From the NCBI RefSeq assembly GCF_030144855.1, contig NC_082722.1, positions 26,288,001 through 26,352,000 of the forward strand: 64,000 bases of DNA, written 5' to 3'. Source of the stretch: Hypanus sabinus. Taxonomy: Eukaryota. The position numbers were made by a program, and so were the translations under genes. Shown here one piece after another: positions 36,441-50,384 of the stretch. A model generated the notes under the pieces. It ran no database searches. It was not told where the DNA came from and saw nothing but the letters and a program-made list of their open reading frames with translations. Position 1 is the first letter of the stretch. Each line of letters opens with the position of its first letter.

Positions 36441-37398
36441 CCGCATGGATCTCGGGCAGGGCCTTCTCCCAGGCTATCATTGTACTTTGCTCTTTGTAGA
36501 TAGAACGTACAGATGACGGATTGAAATAACATTGTTTATTAGAATACCCTTTCTGCATGAAGATGACAAGTATCATATTTTCCCAACCAAAGTTTTACAT
36601 CCGTCTATAGATGACTCTATATTGACGACTCAAAATGAACAGGTTTTCTCCAGAGAGGTATAATACTCGTTTGTAATGAGAACAACGTGAAGTTTTTATA
36701 CAACGATATTCAGCTTTACCATTATTAAAAGCTATATGTAAGTTTCGAATCAATGAGAATAATGTACCCAAAATGTTGACAGTGAGAGGATGCCTAAATT
36801 AGTACAAAATGCAGAAGGTTATGGACAGAGCTCGGCTCATCAGGAAACCAACCTCCCATGTATGTAGTCTGAACACACTTGCCACCACTGTCGCCTCTGA
36901 TCTGCGCGGGGGCGCCCCCGCGTGGTAATTGAAGTGCTCCCCACACGTTGCCCTTGTTGCTAATATAATTTTGAAATCTATGTAAGTACAATTATGAAAT
37001 ACCCTGTAATTAATTGTGTTGGCGTATATAATCCATATCTTTTCCAAATAATAAACTTACCACACCCATCACTGTGTAGCATTTTAGAGCTTCAACGTAT
37101 TTATATTGTCAGTGTTACAAGTTACAACGCTATTAGAAATTGTAACAATAAGCTCAGAATGGAAGTCAGTAGATGATTATTAATAAATTGCCAGTCCGCA
37201 CATAATCCTTTTAAAAGCCATGACAAAATGTCCTGCTTGGAGCAATTGTTGTTCACGTTGCTATTAAACATTACGTGGAGAGAATGTTGCTTCCCTCCCG
37301 CTAAGAAAAGCAACCAGGCTAATCAAGATCATTTCCTCTTCAGAGATTAGTGAAGGGGCTCGACCCGTAACGTTGTTTATTTATACCTCTCCATATAT

Positions 37399-37476
37399 CA
37401 GGGGTTTCAACCTTTATATGACATGGACCTCCACCATTAACGAAGGGGTCTTTCGACCCCCGGTTTGAAGCCCCTA
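37399..37476. mobile_element. Tiny hAT/Charlie-type MITE (duplicated copy at 48834-48895)
   Basis: Inverted termini caggggtttcaacc...ggtttgaagcccct, inserted in a Penelope-derived repeat at the same position in both duplicated blocks. Confidence 0.6.
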
Positions 37477-39009
37477 TCAGAGATTGCACTTGACCAGCTG
37501 AGTTCCTCCAGCATTCTGTGTTTGTTACTCTGAATTTCAGAATTTTTTGTGCTTCTGATTTGCTCTGCCGTGAAGAGTGACATGATATACTGGAGGGATC
37601 TCAGAAGCGTTGATGCACAATCGATTTTAGGGTGCACGTAACGACGACACATCAGGATCCAGATAAAAAAGGCGTTTAGCGTACTTGCCCTCTTGGCAGT
37701 ATATTGACAAGTGTTGGGACATCATATTGTACGAGTAGAGAATGTCTAGGCCGGTCTTGGAACGTTGCCGGCTCTTTGGGTCATCCCAGTTAGCACGTAG
37801 TAGAGGTAGAACGATTGCAAAAGAGATTTTATGGGACATTGCCTTGGATGGAAGATTTTAGTGGCACGGAGAGATTGGATAGACGTGGATTGTTTGCTCT
37901 GGAGTTCAGGTGACTGAGGGATAACCTTATGAATTAAAAAAAAACAATTGCTACGGACATTAACATACCGGATGCTCATAGCACATTTCTCAAGACTGGG
38001 GATCCAAATCTGGAAGACGCAGCTGTGAACTGAGAGTGAGAATATCAAAAGGGGAACTGGGCACGGCATGGTTTTCAGACCAAGGATGGTAAGTATATCG
38101 AGAAAGTGTTGTTAGAGGTGTTGGAGGAAGTGGTACCGTACTGCAGGCAGGTATAAGAACGGCTACATGAATATTTCGTTCTGCTTGGATGAAACGGGTG
38201 GAAGAGCCCTCTTCCGTGATGCACTCCAGGATTCAATGTTTTCTGTAAAGATCTACAACAAACTCCTCGTGCAGGATAACAGGAAATTACCAATTGCGTA
38301 GAATAGAAATGCACTAACGAGTCCGCTGATGATATCATGGAAAGCCTTTGTGGTTAAAATTTACATGTGTCTCAAAAATCGATTTGCGGATTGTTGGCTT
38401 TTTTTTAAAGCTCGACGTTTCGGTTGCAGACAATGGATTAAATTTTTAAAAGTGATTTCAAAGCCTTGTCATCACAATTGAATGTTTCTAATGTTGTTCT
38501 GCGAGATCCGTGTTTCGATTTTATGGCGTGTGCATTCTGGAAAGAGAAAAATGAGAGGCTTGACCACAATGTTAAATAAAACAGAGTTTTAAGTTTAATC
38601 TTTAACCATATCAATTGCTGACAGCCTTCCAAGCATGAACAGTTACATCATGAGCATCTATTTGGAGAATGATTGCGCTTTATTTTCAGTTAAGGCCGAG
38701 AATAATGGAATGTTGTCGGATATAGACGTCAGATCACGCCTGAAACTAACAGTGGCCGTTCTATGAATAAAAGTATATTATTTGAGTAATTACTTTCACA
38801 ACCGAGCTTGATTCTGGACTGACATAGCTGTGTAAATGACTTTGGAATGTTATCAAACTTGCAGTATGATGGGTGAAGACATCAGTTCGCTTCGAATCAA
38901 AAAAAAATAATCTAAATGGAAGCAAAAATTGCCTGAAAGGCGAAGACAACCTGAAAATTATAACTTCATCATCCCCATTTATGGCCACGAAAAGTGAGGC
39001 AACACTGAA

Positions 39010-39990
39010 CCTGCGAATCGGTTAGGGTCGTTCTCTGTAACCAGAGCTACCGATTGGGCCTCGTCTACATTGATGAGACCCGACGTAAAGTGGGGACCAC
39101 CTTTTCGAGCATCTCCAGTCCATCCCAAAAAGCGGAATTTGTACTACTGGTCATTTTTTTTTTTATTCCTATCCATTCACGTTCCGACATTTCGATTCAT
39201 GTTCTCTTCTTACGCCTTCATGAGGCTACTCTCAGAGTGGGCGAACAACACCTCGGATTCAGCCTAAGTAGCCTCAAATCTGACGACATAAACATCGACT
39301 TCGTTATTTATCCCTCTCATGTCTCCTTTCTGTTCCCACCTCTGTCCTCTTATCTTCACTGCTCTGCTGCCTATAACCTCCACTTCTGTCCCAATGCCTT
39401 TCCTTTCTCCTAGTCTACTCTCCTCTCCTATTAGATTCCTTATTCTTCAGTTTGCATTTTCAACCTCTTACCTCCCAGCTTCTTACATCATGCCTCCTCC
39501 CAACCGCACACACTCCTTTTCCCCTCCCTCAAAGCCCCGTCAACCTGGCTTCACCTATCACCCTCATCTCTCTTCTGTTCTCAACTCTGTTCTCTTATCT
39601 TTGCTCTCCTGCCGATAACTTCCTCTTTTGTCTCACTTCCTTTCCTTTCTCCCGTAGTCTCCTCTCCTAATGGATTCCTTATTCTCCCGCTCTTTGCATT
39701 TTCAACCTCTTACCTCACGGCTTCCTACTTCATGCCACCGTCCAACTGCACAAGCTTCTCTCCCCTCCAGCCTCCACCACCAAAGTACGCTCAACCTGGC
39801 TTCCCCTATCTCCTGCTAAATTGTCTTTCTTCTCACCGCCTTTTTATTCTGGCATATTCTTCCGTCCTTTCCAGCACTAATGAAGGGACTCGGACCAAAA
39901 TTTTGACCGTTCATTTATTTCTATAGATGCTGCCTGGTCTGCTGAGTTCACTTTGTGAGTGGTGCTCTAGATTCCAGTATCTGCAGGATC
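39010..39990 (+). mobile_element. Penelope-like element remnant (GIY-YIG endonuclease C-terminus and 3' region)
   Basis: GLVYIDETRRKVG (YIGET motif) and HEATLRVGEQHLGFSLSSLKSDDINIDF, resembling the PLE C-terminus; followed by a pyrimidine-rich tail and gaagggactcggaccaaaa terminus. Confidence 0.78.
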
Positions 39991-40159
39991 TCCTGTGTTA
40001 CTGATACGAATGCTCTTTTATCAGTCCTTTGAGAAAATATTCGACATTATCGGAAACCAGGAACACTGGGAGCTAAAGGTAACGTGCTGTATCTGACGGA
40101 GAATTACTTATGTAGCTGCCGCAGAGGGAAGGGAAGAAGGCGTACACAGAATGCTGAAA

Positions 40160-40359
40160 NNNNNNNNNNNNNNNNNNNNNNNNNNNNNNNNNNNNNNNNN
40201 NNNNNNNNNNNNNNNNNNNNNNNNNNNNNNNNNNNNNNNNNNNNNNNNNNNNNNNNNNNNNNNNNNNNNNNNNNNNNNNNNNNNNNNNNNNNNNNNNNNN
40301 NNNNNNNNNNNNNNNNNNNNNNNNNNNNNNNNNNNNNNNNNNNNNNNNNNNNNNNNNNN
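40160..40359. other. Assembly gap (200 N)
   Basis: Run of N visible directly; the round length suggests an arbitrary scaffold gap. Confidence 0.99.
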
Positions 40360-41085
40360 GAAGGGTAAGACGAAAGACCACACACCAATCCTTATACAGG
40401 AATCAGAAGTGGAGAGAGTGAGCAGTTTGATGTTCCTGGGTGTCAAGCTCTCTGAATATCTAACCGGGGCCCAATATATCGATACAGCTATAAAGAAGGC
40501 AAAACAGCGACTATAATTCATTAGTGTTTGAAGAGATGTGGCATGCCAACAGACAAACTCAAAAACTTCTATGTGTACTGTGGACCGCATTCTGACAGAC
40601 TGTGTCACTGTCTGGCATGGTGGGGAGAGGGGTAGGGCTACTGCACAGGACCGAAAGAATCTGCAGAGGGTCGGAAAACCTAGTCGGCTTCATTTTGGGT
40701 ATAAGCCTACAAAGTACTCCGGACATCTTCAAGGAGCAGTGTCTCAAAAAGGCAGTGTACATTATTAAGAATCCCCAGTGCACAAGGCATGCCATTTTCC
40801 TCACTGTTACCCTCAGGTAGGAGGAACAGAAATCTGAAGGCACACACTATACGATTCAATAACAGCTTCTTCCCTTCTGCCATCCAATTCCTAAATGAAC
40901 ATTGAACCCGTGAATACTACCAATTTTTAAATACATATTATTACTATTTTTACACGTTTTAATCTGTTTAATATACACAAAGTCTATTAGATTTATTTAT
41001 TTCCCTTTCTGTAGATTACATATTGCATTGATCTGCTGCTGCTAAGTTAACAAATTTCACGACACATGTCGGTGATAATAAACTT
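40360..41085 (+). mobile_element. Rex1/Babar-like LINE 3' fragment (paralogue of 24665-25345)
   Basis: KDHTPILIQESEVERVSSLMFLGVKLSE...AIKKAKQRL. Confidence 0.78.
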
Positions 41086-41944
41086 GATTGTTATACTGTA
41101 CTGGTTCTCATTTCGAACTGTCGATTCAATGTTGACAAACAACTTCTTTACCAGCCTGTCCACGTCTGTCGACAATTTTACAAATCAACCTGCCCTGTAC
41201 CTCTTAGTCACCGTATTCTACTTCAATACCCAGGGAAATCTATTGCGCAATTCCTGCCGTAGCTTAAATAACCAAAAAGCAACGAACTAATATTTGCAAA
41301 TATCTGAGTTGAAAACTATCTGCAAATGCTTGGCCCACTTTCCCAATTCTTTGTCTTAGTTAACTTTCCCTGTCTGGTGTACCACTAATTCCACTGCATC
41401 CTGAAATTTATTAACAATCTAAAAATACTATTAACTAAATATTTCAGAGATGTCAGAGAATACTACAACCAGGACCTACCTGTTCAATACATTAGTTGCA
41501 GGCCTTTACTCTTGGTATCAAATCTCCACTATCACCGTCTGATTTCCTAGTAAACCAATTTTGTGCTTCTGTGTTCAGTTGGCTGGCTCACTTTGGCTTC
41601 CGTGTCACCCAGCATTCTATACTATTTTGTCATACGGGACCTTGCAACATTTAATTAAGATATAGTCTACTGCCCTCTCCTCAGCAATTTTCTGCACAAC
41701 CTTTTCAAAACAACTGAATCAAATTTGTGAGAGAGAATTCCCCTTGAGAAACCCATTGTGACGGTGACTTTTACGCTCTTTGCTTTTCCAAATGTTGATA
41801 GATTCTGTCCTTCATTCAGTATCTTTTCCCGGCACCGATATTTGGCTCACTACCTGTACTTGCGGGCCTTCTTAAGTGAATGCGCATTAGTCACTTTTCA
41901 GTGATCCGGTGGCAAGATCCTGCTTAAAGACGGTACTGGTATAT

Positions 41945-44900
41945 CTGTTATTTAAAACGAGAGCTTCGCAGACGTTGGTCCATTGTGCGGGGCCTATCAG
42001 CGGCGTCAACTGAGCTCGATGACCTAAAGTACAGAATGGTTAAGCGGAGCGGCCATTGTCAGGAGTAGGCCAGTGGCGAGAGTAGAAGCAACCGGCTTTG
42101 GCTTATTCAGGCTTCGGCGGGGTAAGTTGGTAAGTGGACTTCGTTTTTGCCTATTCTTTACATTTTCTGAACATGTTGGTATGGTTAGTATTTTGCTCTG
42201 GGTGTCAGATGTGGGAATCCCGGGAGTCTTTCAGTCTCCCAGATGGCCACATCTGCGCCAAGTGCACCAAGATGTAGCTCCTGACAGACCATGTTAGGGA
42301 TCTGGAGCTGCTGCTCGATGACCTTCGGCTTATTAGGGAGAATGAACAGGCGATTGATAGAGCTACAGGGAGTTAGTCACCCCAAGGCAGCAGGAGTTAG
42401 ATAAGTGAGTGTCGGTGAGGGAAGCGAAGGGCAGAGCTCAGATGATAATGAGCGTCCCAGTGGCCATCCTCCTCTGTAATTGTTATTTCGTTCTGGAAGC
42501 GGTTGAGGGGATGACTTGACAGAGGACGACCATGACGATCGGGTCTGTGGTCTGAGGGAAAGAAGATGATGAATGCGGTAGTCATAGGGGGTTCTATAAT
42601 AAGGGGAACAGACCGCAGGTTCTTTTAGCTTGATGTACGTGCCTGCATGGTGTGTTGCCTTCTAGGTACGAGGGTAAGGGTTGTCTCAGATCGGGTGCAG
42701 AGTATTCTGAAGGGAGAGGGTGAACAGCCAGAAATCCTGGTACACATTGATACGAATGACAAATGTAGAAAAAGGGAGGAGTGTGAAGAGAGAATTCAGG
42801 GAGTTAGGTAGAAAGCTGAAAAGCAGGACCTCCAGGGCAGTAATCTCAGGATTGCCGTCTGTGCCACGTGCTAGCGAGTGCAAAAATAGCATGTTCAGGC
42901 GAATTAATGTGTGGCGGAGAGACTGGTGTAAGCGGCAGGGCTTCAGATTCCGACATCATTGGGGCATATTCTGGGGGAGAAACTGCCTGTACAAAATGGA
43001 GGGATTACACCTGAACCCGAAGGCGTCCAATACCCTAGCGGGCACATTTAATAAAGCAGTTAGGGAGTGTTTTAGCTCATTTGGCAGGGGAGATAGGAAC
43101 CTGAATGATCGGGCTGAGGAAGGGGAAACAGAAATAAATCAAATATAGCGTGCAACAGAGATTATAGAAAGAACAGGCAGGAGATGAGGCTTAATCACAG
43201 CCAGTGGCGTGAGTTACCGGGCAGTTACCGGGTCTTGCAGTTGAAACAGAAAGCAACAAATACTGGACTGAAAGTGTTATATTTGAATGCACGCAGCATA
43301 AGGAATAAAATGGACGATCTTGAAACTCAGCTGCAGATTGGCAAATATGATGTTGAGGCCATGTCTGAAACTCGGCTAAAGGATAGCTGCAATTGGGAAC
43401 CTAACGTCCAAGGATATACAGTGTATCCGAAAGACAGATTAGTAGGCAGAGTGTGTGGTGTGGCTCTGTGTATAAAAATCATATTAAAGCATTAGAAAGA
43501 GATGACATAGGAACGGAAGGTGTAGAGCCTCTACTGGTTGAGTTAAGAAATGAAAGTGTAAAAGGACCCTAATGGCAGCCAGGATGTGGATTACAAATTA
43601 CAACAAGAGATAGAAAAAGGCGTGTCAGAAACGCAATGTCATGATAATCGTTGGGGATTTTCACATGAAAGTGGATTGAGAAAGCCAGCTCAGTACTGGT
43701 CCTCAAGAGAGAGAATTTGTAGAATGTCCGAGGGATGGATTTTTAGAACAGCTTGTTGCTGACCCCAGTAGGGGATCGGCTGTGCTGGATTGGGTGCTGT
43801 GCAATAATCCGGAGGTTATAAGAGAGCATAAGGTTAAGGAGCCCTGAGGCAAGAGTGATCACAATATGAGAGCGTTCACAGTGAAATTTCAGAGGGACAT
43901 GTAAAATCCAATGTGTCTGTATTTCAGTGGAATAGCGGAAATTACAATGGCATGAGAGGCGAACTGGTTGAAGTCGACTGGATAGGTACGTTTGCAGGAA
44001 CAACAACAGAGCAGCGATAGCTGGAGTTTCTGCAAAAATGAGGGAAGTGCAAGATAGATATATTCCAAATAACAAGATATTTTCAATGGTAATAAGGACA
44101 CTACCGTGGCTAACAAGGGAGGTCAGAGACAACGTAATAGCAAAAGATTGGGCATACAAGGAAGCCAGAGCTAGTGGAAAGATAGAGAATTGGGAAGCTC
44201 TTAAAACTTGCAGAGGGAAGCTAAGAAGTTCATTAGGAAGGAAAAGATGAATTTTGAAAGGAAGCTGGCGACTAATATCAAAGAAGTTACTTAAAGTTTT
44301 TTCACGTACATAAGGGGTGAAAGGCAGTCGAGGGTAGATACATGAGCAATACAAAATGATGCTGGAGATATTGTAATGACAGATGCAGAGCTGACAAAGG
44401 AACTGCATGTGTATTGTGCGTCAGTCTTCACAGTGGAAGACGTTTGCAGTATACCGGACAATCAAGAGTGTCATGGAAATGAAGTTTGTGCAGTGAAAAT
44501 TACGACTGCGAAGGTGCTCACGAAGCTTAATGGTGTGAGGGTGGATAAATCTCCTGGACCTGATGGAATGCACCCTTGAGGTCTGAAGGAACTAGCTGGA
44601 GAGATTGTGGAGGGATTAATGATGATCTTTCAAGAATCGATAGATTCTGCCATTAGAAGCCTAGAAATATAGAAAACCTACAACACAATAAAGGACCTTC
44701 GACCCACAAAGTTGTAGCGAACATGTCCTTACCCTAGAACTACCTGGACCTACCCAGAGCCCTCCATTTTTCCAAGCTCCATGTTCCTATCCAGAAGTCT
44801 CTTAAAATACCCTATCTTTTCCGCCTGCACCAGCGCTGCTGGCTGCCCATTCCATGCTCTCACCACTCTCTGTGTAAAAAACTTAACCCTGACATCTCTT

Positions 44901-46078
44901 CTGTGCTATCTTCCGAACACCATAAAACCATGCCCTCTCGTGCTAGCCATTTCAGCCCTGGGAGAAAGCATCTGCCTATCCACACGATCAATGCCTCTCA
45001 TTATCTTGTGCACTTCTATCAGGTCAGCTCGCATCCTTCGTGGCTCCAAGAAAAAAAAGTCCGAGTTCACTAAACCTATTATTAGAAGACGTGCTCCCCC
45101 ATCCAGGCAACAACCATGTTGGTATAACATCAGTATACCAGATGACTGAAAAATTGCAAATGCTGTTCAGCTATTTAAGAAGGGTGATGATGGAGCAGAA
45201 CGGAAACTATGGACCTGTTAGCCTGACATCAGACTAAATTTGCCAATAATACAAAGATAGGTGGAGGAGTGGGTAGTGTTGAGGAAACAGAGAGCCTGCA
45301 GAGAGACTTAAATTGTTTAGGGGAATCGGTAAAGAAGTGGGAAAATAAATATAAAATTGGAAAGTGTATGATCATGCAATTTGATGGAAGAAATAAGCGG
45401 GGAGACTATTATTTAGATGGGGAGAGAATTCAAAATGCAGAGTTGCAAAGGGACTTGGCAGTTCTTGTGCAAGATACTTTAAAGATTAACCTGCAGGTTG
45501 AGTCGGTTGTGAAGAAGACGAATGCAAAGTTTGCATTCATTTCTAGAGGTACAGAATATAAGAACAGGGATGTGATGTTGAGACTCTATAAGTGAGACCA
45601 CACTTGTAATATTGTGTGCAGTTTTGGGCTACTTATTTTAGAAAGGATATACTGACATTGGAAAGTATTCAGAGATGATTTATAAAAATGATTCCACGAA
45701 TGAAAGTGTTACTGTATGAAGAAAGTCTGGTAGCTCTTGGGGAAGTTATTTTGCATGGTAGGGGAATTCAGGACAAGAGGGCACCAATTCAACATTGCAG
45801 GACTTCCATTTGGTACTGAGATGCGGAGAAATTACTTCAGTCAAAGAGTGGTAAATCCATGAAATTTTATGCCACTAGCGTCTGCGGAGGCCAGGTCATT
45901 GTGTGTACTCAATGCAGAGATAGATCGTTCCTTGATTATACAGAGCATGAAAGGGTATGTGGTGAAGGCACTGGAGTGGGCATGACCCAAAGAATTGTAT
46001 CAGCCCATGATTAAGTGGCCTAGCAGACTTGATGGGCCGAATGGCCTGCTTCTGCTACTATATCTTATGGTCTTATGG
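41945..46078 (+). mobile_element. Near full-length degenerate CR1 (paralogue of 26160-35400, without the Gypsy insertion); contains a minus-strand CR1 3' insert at ~44655-45135
   Basis: ORF1 motifs 42720-43148; APE 43184-43495 (YLNARSIRNK); RT SPGPDGMHP; (cttatggt)n tail at ~46065-46080; single ACCTG empty site at 43009-43013. Confidence 0.88.
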
Positions 46079-47079
46079 TCTCAGCAAGAAATGGTTGAGC
46101 AGACCCGATCGGCAAAATTACCAGAATCTCCTCCGATGACTTATGATCTTATGGCTGATTAGCTTGATCGGCATCCTCGTTTTCCCGCTGATTCGTGACC
46201 GCTTGCTGCTTGAAGTTTTGTCTGAATGACGGGTGGCTGGGGTAGATTTCCTATCGCGAATCATTCATTGGCTTCGTTCACCCAAGTCTCTTTGCATCTC
46301 ATATCCCCTCGACCTTTCCACTCGTAAATAATGTTTTTACTTCTGCATTCAAGTAAAAGTGCCAAATGTAATGTCTTATTATTAATTGACAGTATCTTTC
46401 TACTCCTATCTCTCTATTTCGTTTTCCATCTACCAATGAATAAAAATAACAAACAACCGATTGTCATTTTCTTGAATCGCAAAGAAAAAAAATTGGACCA
46501 TTTCAGCAAGCAAATATGAAGTGCTGTTAATATTTTCTAAAATATGCTTTCTAACTTATTCATTGACAACTCATTTCATCGTTGTTTCAACCCTGTAGCT
46601 AGCACTGTAGAACATCCTGCATACAAAATCAACAGAGCTTTCTAAAGATGATAGAAAAGCACGTGAGTGCACGACATTGTCAAACCCTCTACTGGCAATT
46701 GTTTCTTAATGCACTCTACGTAAAAGCAAATTTCAGAATCAGTGGATACAATAAATGTATATTCCAATATGTATGCCTATTGGAGCACTCATTCACGAAT
46801 GAATAATGCGCATTTTAATAAATATCATATTGAAATATAGCTTACTATTTTTTCACCGTTAATCTTATCAATGTCTTAGGTATTATTTAACAGACTCAAA
46901 ACGAGAAAAATGTTCAGGTCACAGAATGATGGAAATAAATATTATATCTGTGCGGCCAAAAAACTGAGTCACCCTCTGGCAACATAAGAAGGAAAGAACA
47001 AATAAGTAATCTTAGCATCTTTTAAGCATTCACTGAATTGTCGCCCCACCCACACAGAAACTATAACGGACTGGTAAGA

Positions 47080-47645
47080 CCTCCCTTGGAATACTGTGTG
47101 CAATTTTGGGCTCCTTAATTACGAATGGATGTGCTGACATTGAAGAGGGTTCAGAGAAGATTCACTAGAATGATTCCGGGAATGAGAGGGTTAACATGTG
47201 AGGAACGTTTGACTGATCTTGGACTGTACTCCTTGGAGTTTCGAAGAATGGGGGGGGGGGACCTCATAGAAACATTTCGAATGTTAAAAGGCATGGGCAG
47301 AGTGGATGTGGCAAAGTTGTTTCCCATGGTGGGAGAGTCTGATACGAGAGGACATGACTTGAGGATTGCAGGGCGCCCATTCAGAAAAGAGATGCGAAAA
47401 AAAATAGCCAGAGGGTTGTGAATCTATGGAATTTGTTGCCACAGGCGGCAGTGCAGGCCAAGTCATTGGGTGTATTTAAGGCAGAGATTGATAGGTATCT
47501 GAGTAGTCAGGGCAACAAAGGTTATGGTGAGAAGGCAGGGGAATAGGACTAAAGGGGAGATTGGATTTGCTCATGATGTAATGGCGGAGCAGAATCGATG
47601 GGCCGAATAGTCGGCTTCTGCTCCTTTGTCTTATGGTCTTATGGA
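47080..47645 (+). mobile_element. CR1 3' fragment
   Basis: ORF 47125-47421 RVQRRFTRMIPGMRGL...GDLIETF...TRGH; cttatggtcttatgg tail. Confidence 0.88.
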
Positions 47646-50384
47646 AACAGGTATTTACGGATATTGAATTCCCTTGTTAAAGCTTCATAACAGCGCAGTG
47701 TGTAACTTAAATATAATAACAGCGAATAAATTTGCTACCTCATAAGGCAAGTTTTTACTCATCCGACCTGCTGGACTGTGAAGGTCGTATTTGATTGTCC
47801 TTAGGGTAGGGACCTCCGGCGTGGTGACTCGACGTAGATACAGGGACCGTAATATATTTACAAATGTGAATGCAGGTTGGAGGGCAGTGAGTCCCCAGTG
47901 GCCCTCCTTGTACTTTGCACTTTCTGGATGGATCATTCAGATGGCGGATTGAAATAACATTGTTTATTCACAGTGAACCCTTTCTGCATGATGATGAGAG
48001 ACATCAGTTTTTCACAACCAAAGTATTACATTAGTCTATAGACGTATCTTTATAGAGGATTCAAAATGAAGAGGTTTTCTCCAGAGAGATATAATCCTCG
48101 TCTGTAATGAACACAATATGAAGCTTTTGTACAGCAAGATTTAGCTTTACCATGATTCAAAACTGTACACAAGTCTCGAATCAATGGTAATAACCAAATG
48201 CTGACAGTGGGAGGATGCCTAACACAGCAAAAATGCAGAAGGTTATGGACTCAGCTGAGTTCATCAGGAAACCAGCCTCCCAACTTTGTCGTCTGTATAC
48301 ACTTGGCATCACCTTTCCCTCTCATCTCCGCGGTTGCGCCCCAACGTGGCAACTGAAAAACTCCCGCACATGTAGCATTTGTTGCTGATATAATTTTGAA
48401 ATCTATGTAAATATAATTATAAAGTACCCTGTATTTAATTGTGTTGGTCTATATAATCTGTATGTATTTTAAATAACAACCGTACCACAACCATTACTGT
48501 GTAACATTTTAGAGCTTCAACATATTTACAAGCTGTTTATTATCAGTGTTTAAAGTTGCAACGTTGTTAGAAATTCTAACAATAAGCTCAGAATGGAAGT
48601 TAGTAGATCATTGTTTATAAACAGCCAGTCCGTACATAATTCTTCTACAAACCATGGCAAAATTTCCTTCTTGGAGCAATTGTTGGTCCGTGCTGCTGTT
48701 AAAAATTAGGTAGAGGGAACGTTGCTTCACTCTCCCTCAGAAAAGAAACCAGGCTAATTAAGGGAATATCCTCTGCACAGACTGAAGTAGGGTCTCGACT
48801 CGAAACGTTGATTGTTTATACCTATCCATATTTCAGGAGTTTCCAACCTTTTCATGCCACGGACTCCCACCATTAACGGAGGTTGGCAGCCTCTGTCAGA
48901 GATGGCGCTTGACCTGCTGAGTTCCACCCGCATTTTGTGTTTGTTACTCTGGATTTCAGAATCTCCTGTGCTCATAATTTTCTCTGCCGTGAATACTGAG
49001 AGGAATGACTGGAGGGATCTTAGAAGCGTTGATGCAGAAAGGGATTTTAGTGTGCACTTAACGACGACATATCAGGATCCAGATAAGAAGGAGTTTAGCC
49101 TATTTGCCCTCTTGGCAGTATTTTGACAAGAGCTGGAGCAGCATGTTGTACTAGTAGACAATGGTTAGGCTGGTCTTGGAGTGTCTTGTGCTCTTCTGGC
49201 CCAGAGACAGCACGTAGTAGAGTTAGAACGATTGTAAAAGTGATTCTCTGGTACGTTGCCTGAGATGGAAGGCTTTAGTGGCACGGAGAGATTGGATAGA
49301 CATGGATTGTTTACTCGGGAGTACAGGTGACTGAGGGATAACATTATGCATTTGAAAAAAAAACATTACGGACATTAATATACAAGTTGCTCGTAGCCCA
49401 TTTCTCTAGACAGGGAATCCAAATCTAGAAGACACAGCTGTGAACTGAGAGAGAAAATATTTAAAGGGGAGCTGGGCACGGCATGGTTTTCAGACATAGG
49501 ACGGTTGGTATATAGAACAAGTTGTTAGAGGAAATGGTACCGTACTGCAGGCATGTATAAGAATGGCTACGTAAATATTTCGTTCTGAATAGATGAAACG
49601 GGTGGAAGAGCCGTCTTCCGTGATGGACTCCAGGATTCAATGTTTTCTTGCAGCAAATAGCACAGAATAGAAATACACTAACGGGCCCGCTGATGATATC
49701 AAGGAAAGCCTTTTGTGGTTAAAATTTTGTGATGTCTCAAAAATCGATTTGAGGACTGTTGGCTTCATTTTTAAAGTTCGACGTTTAGGTTACAGACATT
49801 GAATTTTTTTTTGTAAAGTGTCTTTAAAGCCTCTTCTTCGCAACTGAATGTTTCTAATGTTTTTCTGCGATATCCGCCTTTCGATTCTACGGCGTGTGCC
49901 TTCTGGAAAGAGAATAATGAGAAGCTTCATCACAATATTAAATAAAACAGAGTTTTAAGTTTTAATCTTTAACCGTTTCACTTGTTCACAGCCTTCCAAG
50001 CGTGAATGGTTACACCATGAGCGACTATTTGGAGAATGATTGCTGTTTATTTTCATTTAAGGCGGAATATAATGAAATGTGGTGGCATATCGACATCAGA
50101 TCACGCACTGAAACAAAGAAGTGGCCGTTCTATGAATAAAAAGATATTTTTTGTGTAGTTTATTTCACAACCGAGCTAGGTTCTAAACTGACATAGCTAT
50201 GTAAATGACTTTGAGGTGTTGCCAAACTTGTAGCATGATGGGTGAAGACATCCGCTTTTTTTCGAATCAAGAAATGTAAAACTAAATGGAGGAAAAAATT
50301 GCCTGACTGGGGAAGACAACCTGAAAATTATAACTTCATTACTTCCACTTAGGGCCATTAACACTGAGTCAACAGTCCACCTGC

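Noticed and set aside
40073-40608. ORFs of 94-166 aa spanning the N run
   Set aside because: Artefacts of translating the gap as X.
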